Shown here in pieces: positions 14,835 to 23,146 of a DNA stretch of 51,024 nt (within the stretch, counting starts at the first letter, position 1; each line of letters begins with the position of its first letter). Below the pieces are notes generated by a model, which did no database searches, had not been told where the DNA came from, and saw only the letters and a list, made by a program, of their open reading frames with translations. The stretch comes from a virus, in IMG/VR virus record IMGVR_UViG_3300030098_005111; one strand, given 5' to 3'. Position numbers and translations under genes: made by a program.

Positions 14835-15295
14835 TGTTATACGTTCCAGATCATGTTGCAAAAGAAGAGAAAGAAAAGCAAACATCATTATCGGACGCTT
14901 ATGTAAATAAAGAAGAAAAAGTTTTAGATCCACAATTAATAGATAAAAAACTTACTGAAAGATTACCACAACCTACAGGTTGGCGCATATTAGTTATGCC
15001 ATACCAAGGTCGTGCAAAAAGCGATGGGGGTATTGCTATCCCAGATGCTGTTAGAACTCGAGAAGCATTAGCTACGGTTGTAGCTTATGTTTTGAAAGTA
15101 GGACCACTGGCTTATCAGGATATTGCTAAATTTGGTGAAGATTCTGAAAAAGCATGGTGCAAGGAAGGTGATTGGGTTTGTATTGGTCGTTATGCTGGTG
15201 CTCGTTTTCGCATAGAAGGCGGTGAAGTCAGAATAATTAATGATGACGAGGTAATAGCTACTATATTAGAGCCTGATGATATACAACACGTTTAA
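14834..15295 (+). CDS. GroES/Cpn10-like co-chaperonin-fold protein
   Basis: PTGWRILVMPYQGRAKSDGGIAIPDAV...VAYVLKVGP...EGDWVCIGRYAGARFRIEGGEVRIINDDEVIATI parallels GroES (RVLVK...T.GGI.LP......G.VVAVG....V..GD.V.F..Y.G..V...G.EY.I....DILA). Confidence 0.55.
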   Translation: MLYVPDHVAKEEKEKQTSLSDAYVNKEEKVLDPQLIDKKLTERLPQPTGWRILVMPYQGRAKSDGGIAIPDAVRTREALATVVAYVLKVGPLAYQDIAKFGEDSEKAWCKEGDWVCIGRYAGARFRIEGGEVRIINDDEVIATILEPDDIQHV

Positions 15296-15315
15296 TTAAA
15301 AAAAGGACAATCAAC

Positions 15316-16215
15316 GTGCAAGATGAAAAACCAATAGAAGTTGGCGACAGTGAAGAAACTGCGGTAGATGTTGACTTAGAACAAAAAAAGGTAGTGGATG
15401 ATAATAAGCAGACAGAGCTAAAATTAGAAACCACTGATGATAAAAAAGAAGATGAATTAGAACAATACAGTGATAATGTAAAGTCACGTATTAACAAACT
15501 AACTCATCGTTATCGAGAAGAGGAGCGTCAAAAACAAGAGGCAATTAAATTTGCTGAAAATGTTAAAAAACGTAACGAAGAGCTTGAAAAGAGGTTGCAA
15601 AGACTTGATGAAGGTTATCAAGAAGAGTTTAATACTCGAGTACAATCTCAATTAGATGTAGCTAAAAAAGTATTACGTGATGCACATGAGTCAGGTGATG
15701 TAGATAAGATAGTTGAAGCACAAGAAGCATTAGCTAATTTATCTGTTGATAAAGTGCGTTTAGCTACCGCTAAAAAACAAGCAGAGGATACTGCAACACA
15801 AACAGTTGAAGCCGATCCTGTTGCAACGCAACAAGCTCAACCTCAACAACCACAAAAATCTATGCAACAGGTTTTTGAAGAGGAACCATTATTGAAAGAT
15901 TGGGTGCAAAGAAATGATTGGTTTGGTAAGGATGAGGTAATGACATACGCTGCTAGACTTATTGATGATAGATTGGTCAATCAAGAGGGATTTGACCCGA
16001 TGAGCGATGAGTATTATGCTGAGATAGATAAACGAATGGCTGCGGAGTTTCCGCATAAGTTTAATAAAAACGTGGCAAGCAGGAAGGTGGCATCTGCCGA
16101 GTCTTCCGCATCACGCAGAAAGGGTGGACAAAAAACAGTTCGTCTAACCCCTTCACAGGTAGCGATAGCGAAACGATTAAATGTTCCTCTTGAGGAATAT
16201 GCAAAATACGTGTAG
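15316..16215 (+). CDS. Putative scaffolding protein
   Basis: 299 aa, acidic and helical/coiled-coil-like (EE/KQ/Q-rich), placed between portal and capsid genes. It has a GTG start. Confidence 0.45.
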   Translation: MQDEKPIEVGDSEETAVDVDLEQKKVVDDNKQTELKLETTDDKKEDELEQYSDNVKSRINKLTHRYREEERQKQEAIKFAENVKKRNEELEKRLQRLDEGYQEEFNTRVQSQLDVAKKVLRDAHESGDVDKIVEAQEALANLSVDKVRLATAKKQAEDTATQTVEADPVATQQAQPQQPQKSMQQVFEEEPLLKDWVQRNDWFGKDEVMTYAARLIDDRLVNQEGFDPMSDEYYAEIDKRMAAEFPHKFNKNVASRKVASAESSASRRKGGQKTVRLTPSQVAIAKRLNVPLEEYAKYV

Positions 16216-16225
16216 GAGTTAGATA

Positions 16226-16723
16226 ATGACAGAACAAAACGAGAACACAACTCGCCAAACAACTAGAAGTAGAACTTCACGAAACAGTGAAACCCGAAAA
16301 AGGGAGTCTCGAAGACAACCTTGGAGGCCACCTTCAGCTCTTGAAGCACCTCCAGCACCAGAGGGTTACAAGCATCGATGGATTCGTGCAGAAGTTATGG
16401 GCTTTGATGATAGAAAGAACATATCTGCAAGAATGCGAGAAGGATGGGACTTAGTTAGAGCTGAGGATTATCCTGAGTTTGATGCTCCAACCATTGAGGA
16501 TGGAAAACATGCCGGAGTGATTGGTGTAGGAGGTTTACTACTAGCAAGAGTGCCTAATGACATTGTAGAAGAACGCAATGCTTACTTTCGGGGAATGACC
16601 CGCGATCAGATGACTGCTGTTGATAACGATTTAGCGCGAGAACAGCACCCAGCGATGCCTATCAGTAAACCTGAAAGGCAAACAAGTGTAACCTTTGGCG
16701 GCCCCCGTAAAGAGGAGGGCTAG
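16226..16723 (+). CDS. Hypothetical head-module protein
   Basis: 165-aa ORF with a basic N-terminus. Confidence 0.45.
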   Translation: MTEQNENTTRQTTRSRTSRNSETRKRESRRQPWRPPSALEAPPAPEGYKHRWIRAEVMGFDDRKNISARMREGWDLVRAEDYPEFDAPTIEDGKHAGVIGVGGLLLARVPNDIVEERNAYFRGMTRDQMTAVDNDLAREQHPAMPISKPERQTSVTFGGPRKEEG

Positions 16724-16736
16724 GAGATAATAAATT

Positions 16737-17381
16737 ATGGCTAATATAAACGGAGCTTTTGGTCTTCGTCCTATCGCTAAGTTAGGGCAAGGATCTAATT
16801 CTACTGGTTTTACAGGCTATACTCCTTATGAAATTGCATCTGATAATTCAAATCGAATCTACCAAGGTATGCCAGTAATTCCTTTAAGTACAGGTTTTAT
16901 CGACCGTGTAGGAGCTGCGGCAGGTGGTTCGGTTAGTTTAGTAGGTGCTTTCATGGGTTGTGAGTTTGTATCAAGCACAACTGGTAAAGTTGTATTTTCT
17001 AATAACTGGCCTGGTTCAGGTGCTGATAGTAATCACCCTGTAAAGGCTTTTGTTGCAGATGACCCTAACCAATTATTTTTAATTGCGTCTGATGCTTCAT
17101 TAACTGATGAAGCAACTACAAGGGCTGCTGTATTTGCTAATGCCAACTTTTCAAGTGGTCAAAGCGGAGATAATACTACTGGTATGTCTTCAGCTGCATT
17201 AGCAGTTAGCACTATTGCAACAACTAACTCTCTTCATTTAAGAATTATGGGTTGGCAAGAAGATCCATCAAATGAAGATTTTTCTTCAGCAGGTATAGGA
17301 CTTATCGTGCGTTTAAACAATAGTTTTAACGCTCCTACTGGTTCTATTGCTGCTGGAACACCATCAACTACTGGCGTATAA
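16737..17381 (+). CDS. Hypothetical virion protein (possible decoration or minor capsid protein)
   Basis: 214 aa, Gly/Ser/Ala/Thr-rich, directly upstream of the major capsid gene. The call is by position only. Confidence 0.35.
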   Translation: MANINGAFGLRPIAKLGQGSNSTGFTGYTPYEIASDNSNRIYQGMPVIPLSTGFIDRVGAAAGGSVSLVGAFMGCEFVSSTTGKVVFSNNWPGSGADSNHPVKAFVADDPNQLFLIASDASLTDEATTRAAVFANANFSSGQSGDNTTGMSSAALAVSTIATTNSLHLRIMGWQEDPSNEDFSSAGIGLIVRLNNSFNAPTGSIAAGTPSTTGV

Positions 17382-17393
17382 GGAGGTTAAAAC

Positions 17394-18302
17394 ATGGCTA
17401 TTAGTAGAGCACAATTAGCGAAAGAGCTAGAGCCTGGCCTCAATGCCCTTTTTGGGATGGAGTACGCTAGGTATGACGATGAACACGCAGAAATCTATGA
17501 AACAGAGTCTTCAGACAGAGCGTTTGAAGAAGAAGTGATGCTTACAGGTTTTGGGTCTGCACCCGTTAAATCTGAAGGTGCTGCTGTTTCATTTGATGAT
17601 GCAAAAGAGGCTTTCACAGCACGATACACTCATGAGACTATTTCTCTTGCTTTCTCAATTACTGAAGAAGCAATTGAAGATAATCTTTATGATCGTCTTG
17701 CAAGCCGCTATACCAAAGCATTAGCTAGAAGTATGGCTCATACAAAACAAGTTAAGTCTGCTGCAGTATTGAATAACGCATTCGATAGCACTGTTACAGG
17801 TGGGGATGGAAAAGAGCTTTGTGCTACAGACCACCCTTTAACCAGTGGTAACACTTTTCGAAATGAGTTAAGCACAGCAGCTGACTTAAACGAAACAAGT
17901 TTAGAAAACTCTTTGATTGACATTTCTGCGTTCGTAGATGAGCGTGGACTTAAAGTGTCTGTAAGAGGTACTAAACTTATTGTACCACCTGCGTTACAGT
18001 TCGTTGCAGATAGATTATTAGAGTCTACTCTTCGACCAGGAACCGCAGATAACGACATTAATGCTTCTCGTAACATGGGAATGTTGCCCGAAGGTTATGT
18101 TGTAAATCACTATCTTACAGATACAGATGCTTTCTTTATTAAGACAGATACCCCAAGAGGTTTCTTGCACTTTGAAAGATTGCCAATGTCAACTAAGATG
18201 GAAGGTGACTTTGATACAGGTAACATGAGATTTAAGGCTCGAGAGCGTTATAGCTTTGGTTTCTCAGATCCACGTTGCGTATTTGGTTCACCAGGTGCAT
18301 AA
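17394..18302 (+). CDS. Major capsid protein (HK97-fold type, Mu gpT-like by recall)
   Basis: 302 aa with strong SD AAGGAGG. Size and position support the call, and a strong hairpin follows the gene. The family assignment is from loose motif recall. Confidence 0.6.
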   Translation: MAISRAQLAKELEPGLNALFGMEYARYDDEHAEIYETESSDRAFEEEVMLTGFGSAPVKSEGAAVSFDDAKEAFTARYTHETISLAFSITEEAIEDNLYDRLASRYTKALARSMAHTKQVKSAAVLNNAFDSTVTGGDGKELCATDHPLTSGNTFRNELSTAADLNETSLENSLIDISAFVDERGLKVSVRGTKLIVPPALQFVADRLLESTLRPGTADNDINASRNMGMLPEGYVVNHYLTDTDAFFIKTDTPRGFLHFERLPMSTKMEGDFDTGNMRFKARERYSFGFSDPRCVFGSPGA

Positions 18303-18309
18303 ATGATTA

Positions 18310-18328
18310 GGGGGAGCTAGTCTCCCCC
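18310..18328 (+). terminator. GC-rich hairpin after the capsid gene (attenuator or terminator-like, weak T tract)
   Basis: GGGGGAG ctagt CTCCCCC is a 7-bp perfect stem 8 nt after the stop codon. Confidence 0.4.
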
Positions 18329-18346
18329 ATTAATCTGGGATAATTA

Positions 18347-18405
18347 GCCCTAGCGACTGACCCAGCAGACGCTTACCAAGACTCTAGGGCGAAACCTTTG
18401 GTAAG
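18347..18405 (+). promoter_or_regulatory. Putative H-type pseudoknot leader occluding the SD of gene 18418
   Basis: S1 GCCCTAG (18347-18353) pairs with CTAGGGC (18384-18390). S2 CTTACCAA (18372-18379) pairs with TTGGTAAG (18398-18405). The stems interleave, and the S2 3' arm overlaps the SD taaggagga. Confidence 0.35.
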
Positions 18406-18417
18406 GAGGATATTTAA

Positions 18418-19134
18418 ATGACAGTACATTTTACTGGTCCAGTGCTTTATGCAGGTAAAGATGGACAAAGACAATGGTTTGAAAATTTACCAGTTGCAAA
18501 CAATCCTGACTACTTAATGTATATGGATGATTTTACTGGTGTCGCATTAGATAGTACTAATGACTGGACAGTTGTAAAAGATAGTTCAGCTACAGCCGCT
18601 TTAGGTGCAGATGCCGAGAACGGTACATTAGTTTTAACTTCAGAAGCAACCACTGATAATGACGGTGCTTCAGTTCAAGGCAACGAAATATTTGCATTAT
18701 CTTCTACTCGTGATATCTGGTTTGAAACTAAATTATTTATTACTGATGCAGAGGGCGATGCTATGGATGTTTGCGTTGGTTTGACAGTAAACTTTGCTAC
18801 TAATCCAGAAGCTATGTTAACCGCAGCAGATAGAATAGTATTTCAGATAGACGACGGTGACAGCAATATTGATTGTGTTACTGAAAAAGATGGAACAGCT
18901 ACTACTACTGATTCAGGTATAGATATTGTAAGTGGCACAGCTGTTACTTTAGGTTTTCACGTTAAAGGGACTGGAAGTGTTGAATTTTTTGTAAATAGAA
19001 ATAAAGTAGCAACACATACTGCTAATCTTCCTGATAATGAAAATTTAGCTATCGGTGCAATGGAATTATCTGGTTCTGCAACAGGAACCAAGTCAATGAC
19101 TATTGATTATTTGATGGCTGTTCAAAACAGATAA
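18418..19134 (+). CDS. Hypothetical virion protein
   Basis: 238-aa ORF with strong SD, acidic and probably beta-rich. Confidence 0.45.
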   Translation: MTVHFTGPVLYAGKDGQRQWFENLPVANNPDYLMYMDDFTGVALDSTNDWTVVKDSSATAALGADAENGTLVLTSEATTDNDGASVQGNEIFALSSTRDIWFETKLFITDAEGDAMDVCVGLTVNFATNPEAMLTAADRIVFQIDDGDSNIDCVTEKDGTATTTDSGIDIVSGTAVTLGFHVKGTGSVEFFVNRNKVATHTANLPDNENLAIGAMELSGSATGTKSMTIDYLMAVQNR

Positions 19135-19283
19135 AGGAATAAAAAATGGCTGGAACTAAAAAAGCCTCAAGCACAACTAAACCTAAGGTTACAAAAAAAA
19201 GTACACCCCTTCCTCCGAAGGGGAGTGCAGAATATAAATCTTTGGTTTTACAAGGCAAAATTAAAGAAAAATAGGAGGTCAAC

Positions 19284-19685
19284 ATGGCTGACGCTGTAGC
19301 CGTAACGACTATTGAAGATGGCCCAAGAAGAGCTGTTTTTTATCTTACTAATATTAGTGATGGAAGCGGTGAGGCTAATGTAAAAAAAATTGATGTATCA
19401 GCATTGTCTAGTTTACAAGATGGCACTTCTTGTACTGGTGTTAGGATAACTAAAATAACTTATTCTAATGTTGGTATGGGAGTAAAATTAACTTTTGATG
19501 CAACAACTGATGTATTAGCAATTCAACTACCTGCCGATTTATCTGACCAATTAGATTATAGTGGTATTAATGGTTTACCTGATTACTCTGGTAGTGGTAA
19601 AACTGGAGACGTGTTGCTCACAACGGTAGGTCACTCATCTGGAGATAGTTATAGTATTGTTATTGAATGTATAAAAGAATTTTAG
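19284..19685 (+). CDS. Hypothetical virion protein
   Basis: 133-aa ORF with SD AGGAGG. Confidence 0.45.
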   Translation: MADAVAVTTIEDGPRRAVFYLTNISDGSGEANVKKIDVSALSSLQDGTSCTGVRITKITYSNVGMGVKLTFDATTDVLAIQLPADLSDQLDYSGINGLPDYSGSGKTGDVLLTTVGHSSGDSYSIVIECIKEF

Positions 19686-19694
19686 GAGCATAAC

Positions 19695-20594
19695 GTGGCA
19701 ACTTCAGGTTCAAGTGATTTTAATTTAGATATGGCTGAGATCACTGAAGAAGCATTTGAGCGTTGTGGTCTTGAATTACGGACAGGATATGATGCTAAAA
19801 CTGCTAGACGATCATTAAATTTAGTTTTTGCGGATTGGGCTAATCGTGGTTTAAATTTGTGGACAGTAGAGCAGGTAACACAAACTCTGGCTAATTTATC
19901 TACCACTTCAGGTATTTCTACTTATCCTATTGGTGCAATCACTATGACTGTAGCAGATAGCTCTAGTTTTAGCGTTGGCGAAACAATTACAGGTGGCACT
20001 AGCGGTTCTACGGCTAGTGTTATTACTAAACCTACGTCCACAACATTTACTATCACTATTCCTAGTGCAGATTTTACTGCGTCAGAAACTATTACCGGTT
20101 CATCTAGCTCTGCTACAACAACTGTTTCTGCTAATCCTAGTTTAGTAGATGCACAATCAACAGTAGATTTATTAGAGGTTGTAATTAGACGAGATAATAC
20201 AGATATAAATGTTAGTAGAATATCAAGAGCTGAGTATCTTAATATTCCTAATAAAACACAACAAGGTAGACCGACTCAATATTTTGTAGACAGGTTAATT
20301 ACACCTACTATAAATTTGTGGCCAACACCAGAGAACTCTACCGACCAATTAATTTTTTATAGAGTTAAAAGAATACAAGATGCTGACGCAGGAACTAATA
20401 ATCCAGATGTTCCGTTTAGGTTTTTACCTTGTTTAGTGGCAGGGTTGGCATATCATCTTGCAGTTAAAAAATCACCTCAAAGAATAGGTGTTTTAAAAGA
20501 TATTTATGAAGAAGAATTTGCTCGAGCTGCGGCTGAGGATGGCGAAAGAACTGCGCTACGTCTAGTTCCATCTTACTCATCGTTAAATATATAA
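19695..20594 (+). CDS. Putative head-tail adaptor or structural protein with a Ser/Thr-rich insertion
   Basis: 299 aa with a GTG start and SD AGGAG. The central TSGSTASVITKPTSTTFTITIPSADFTASETITGSSSSATTTV segment is notable. The role is inferred from position. Confidence 0.35.
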   Translation: MATSGSSDFNLDMAEITEEAFERCGLELRTGYDAKTARRSLNLVFADWANRGLNLWTVEQVTQTLANLSTTSGISTYPIGAITMTVADSSSFSVGETITGGTSGSTASVITKPTSTTFTITIPSADFTASETITGSSSSATTTVSANPSLVDAQSTVDLLEVVIRRDNTDINVSRISRAEYLNIPNKTQQGRPTQYFVDRLITPTINLWPTPENSTDQLIFYRVKRIQDADAGTNNPDVPFRFLPCLVAGLAYHLAVKKSPQRIGVLKDIYEEEFARAAAEDGERTALRLVPSYSSLNI

Positions 20595-21097
20595 TGGCTA
20601 ATTTTGCTTCTGGAAAACACGCTTTAGGTATATCTGATAGATCAGGTAGAACTTATAAATTAAGAGAAATGATTAAAGAATGGAATGGGTTGTTGGTAGG
20701 AAAAGATGAATTTGAATCTAAACAACCGCAATTAGAGCCTAGACATACAAAAGCTGATCCGCAAGCATTACGTCAGAGTAGACCAGATAGGACAGAGCCA
20801 GCAGCTGAAGTTTTATTACCTTTTAATGGATTTAGAACAGGTGATAGTGGCTCCGCGATAATTACCGTTACAGAGCCTGGGCATGGCAGATCTACAGGCG
20901 ATACAGTTAGATTTAGAAATGTAGAAAATTTTGATGGTTTTACAGATTCTGTAATAGAGTTATCTTCAGGGTATTCGATAACAAAAGTGGACACTGATAG
21001 TTATACATTTACCACCAGTAGTGAAACTGCTACAACAGGTAATGTTAAAGGTGGCGGTGGTTTTGCTTCAGCAGGTCCAGTAACAGTGAGCGCATAA
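20594..21097 (+). CDS. Hypothetical virion protein
   Basis: 167-aa ORF with an ATGA-type overlap. Confidence 0.45.
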   Translation: MANFASGKHALGISDRSGRTYKLREMIKEWNGLLVGKDEFESKQPQLEPRHTKADPQALRQSRPDRTEPAAEVLLPFNGFRTGDSGSAIITVTEPGHGRSTGDTVRFRNVENFDGFTDSVIELSSGYSITKVDTDSYTFTTSSETATTGNVKGGGGFASAGPVTVSA

Positions 21098-21098
21098 T

Positions 21099-21746
21099 AT
21101 GGCATTTACATTTACAACATTAAAAACAGCTATACAAGATTACACACAAAATAGTGAAACAACTTTTGTTAATAATTTATCAAGATTTATTATTAATGCA
21201 GAGGAACGCATTTTTAAAGAGGTGCAACTAGATGTATTTCGTAAAAATGTAAATGGTGCTATAACTTCAGGTAACAAGTTTTTAACAAAGCCTACTGATT
21301 ATTTATCTACTTTTTCTTTAAGTATATTAAATAATTCTGAAAATGTTTTTTTATTACGTAAGCACCCTACTTTTTTACAAGATTATACACCTGACCCAAG
21401 CACTACAGGAGTACCACAGTATTACGCAGATTTTGATGAAACTACGTTTTTGTTAGCTCCAACACCAAGTTCTGGTTTTACTGCTGAATTACATTATTAT
21501 CACAGGCCAACTTCAATAACTGCAACAAGTGATGGCACGAGTTGGTTAGGAACTAATGCAGAATTAGCTTTATTGTATGCCTCATTAGTTGAGGCTTATA
21601 CCTTTATGAAGGGTGAAGCAGATATGTTTCAGATTTACAATGCAAGATATCAAGAAGCATTGGCGTATCTTAAAAATCTTGGTGAAGGTAAAAATACTAG
21701 AGATGAGTATCGTTATGACAAACTCAGAAAAGAGGTTATTGCTTAA
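21099..21746 (+). CDS. Hypothetical virion protein
   Basis: 215-aa ORF in the chain. Confidence 0.45.
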   Translation: MAFTFTTLKTAIQDYTQNSETTFVNNLSRFIINAEERIFKEVQLDVFRKNVNGAITSGNKFLTKPTDYLSTFSLSILNNSENVFLLRKHPTFLQDYTPDPSTTGVPQYYADFDETTFLLAPTPSSGFTAELHYYHRPTSITATSDGTSWLGTNAELALLYASLVEAYTFMKGEADMFQIYNARYQEALAYLKNLGEGKNTRDEYRYDKLRKEVIA

Positions 21747-22036
21747 TGTTTAATCTTAAAGTTGAGTCAAATCTAGGAAATGCTGATGTAGTTACTTCTA
21801 AAAATAGAGGATTAAACGCTGAAGAATGGGCTAATATTGCAGTAAATAGAATAGTGCAAATTTCAGCTGACACTCCTTTACCATTACGAGAACAAGCTAT
21901 CGCATATAAAGGACGTATAAAAAATTTATTAGTAGGTTACTTTCAACAAGTAGCAAAAAGTGAAAGGTCTACCATTAAAGTTATTTTAGAGCAAAAAGGT
22001 CATAGAGACATAGCGAAAAACATAGAGGATATTTAA
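21746..22036 (+). CDS. Hypothetical virion protein
   Basis: 96-aa ORF in the chain. Confidence 0.4.
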   Translation: MFNLKVESNLGNADVVTSKNRGLNAEEWANIAVNRIVQISADTPLPLREQAIAYKGRIKNLLVGYFQQVAKSERSTIKVILEQKGHRDIAKNIEDI

Positions 22037-22037
22037 T

Positions 22038-22469
22038 ATGGCAATTACATCTGCAATGTGTACCTCTTTTAAAAAAGAATTATTAGAAGGTAAGCATAAT
22101 TTTTTGAATAGTGGTGGTGATACATTTAAGTTAGCCTTATATACTTCAGATGCTAGTTTAGGTGCAAGTACCACTGCATATACTACAAGCAATGAGGTTA
22201 GTGGCACAGGTTATACGGCTAAAGGTAATACTTTAACTAGAGTAGACCCAAGCACTGATGGCACTACAGCAATTACTGATTTTGCTGACACAACTTTTTC
22301 AAGTAGTACTATAACAGCTAGAGGAGCTTTAATTTTTAATGAAGATACTAGCGGTGATACTTCTGTTATTGTTTTAAACTTTGGTTCCGACAAAAGTAGT
22401 AGTGCAGGTGATTTTACTATAACTTTTCCAGCTGCTGACGCATCTAACGCAATTATAAGGATAGCTTAA
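22038..22469 (+). CDS. Hypothetical virion protein
   Basis: 143-aa ORF in the chain. Confidence 0.4.
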   Translation: MAITSAMCTSFKKELLEGKHNFLNSGGDTFKLALYTSDASLGASTTAYTTSNEVSGTGYTAKGNTLTRVDPSTDGTTAITDFADTTFSSSTITARGALIFNEDTSGDTSVIVLNFGSDKSSSAGDFTITFPAADASNAIIRIA

Positions 22470-23135
22470 ATGGCTATCGGTTGGGGGAGAGATGGGTGGA
22501 GTGAGGGCGCATGGGGAACCACAGATACATCTGTTTCCGTAACAGGTTTAAGTGGCACGGGTGCTGTAGGCTCTGTTACGGTAGTTGAAGGAACAGGTGT
22601 CTCTTTTGCTGTAACAGGTCAGTTAGGGACAAGTGCAGTTGGTTCTGTAACAGCTACAGGTGGAGCTACTGTTTCCGTAACTGGTCAGTTAGGGACAGGT
22701 GCTGTAGGCTCAGTAAATGTTGTATTAGGTATTACTGTTTCTGTAACAGGTCAATCTGCTACAAGTGCTGTAGGCTCAGTTACTATAGTTGAAGGCACAG
22801 GGGTAGATATAACTTTAACCGGTCAATCTAGCACAGGAGCAGTGGGATCTCCCACTATTGTTGAAGGCACGGGTGTTGATGTAACTTTAGATGGTCAATC
22901 AGCAACTGGTGAGGTAGGAGTTTTACTAGGTTGGGTTGAAATAGATGATTCACAAAATATTACTTATTTTAACATTAATGATTCTCAAAGCATTACTTGG
23001 TCGGAAATAGATGATTCACAACAATTAAATTTTATTGAAATAACTCCTAGTAGTAGTGTAACTTATTCAGAAATAACAAATTCAGAAACAACTGTATATA
23101 CAGAAATTGATGACGCACAAGATAGAGCAGCATAG
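22470..23135 (+). CDS. Fibre-like protein with six ~21-aa tandem repeats and a DDSQ-repeat tail
   Basis: The unit V(S/D)VT(G/L)(Q)xGTxAVGSVT(I/V)VEGTG repeats six times, followed by EIDDSQNITYFNINDSQSITWSEIDDSQQLNF. Confidence 0.5.
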   Translation: MAIGWGRDGWSEGAWGTTDTSVSVTGLSGTGAVGSVTVVEGTGVSFAVTGQLGTSAVGSVTATGGATVSVTGQLGTGAVGSVNVVLGITVSVTGQSATSAVGSVTIVEGTGVDITLTGQSSTGAVGSPTIVEGTGVDVTLDGQSATGEVGVLLGWVEIDDSQNITYFNINDSQSITWSEIDDSQQLNFIEITPSSSVTYSEITNSETTVYTEIDDAQDRAA

Positions 23136-23146
23136 GATTAAATACA

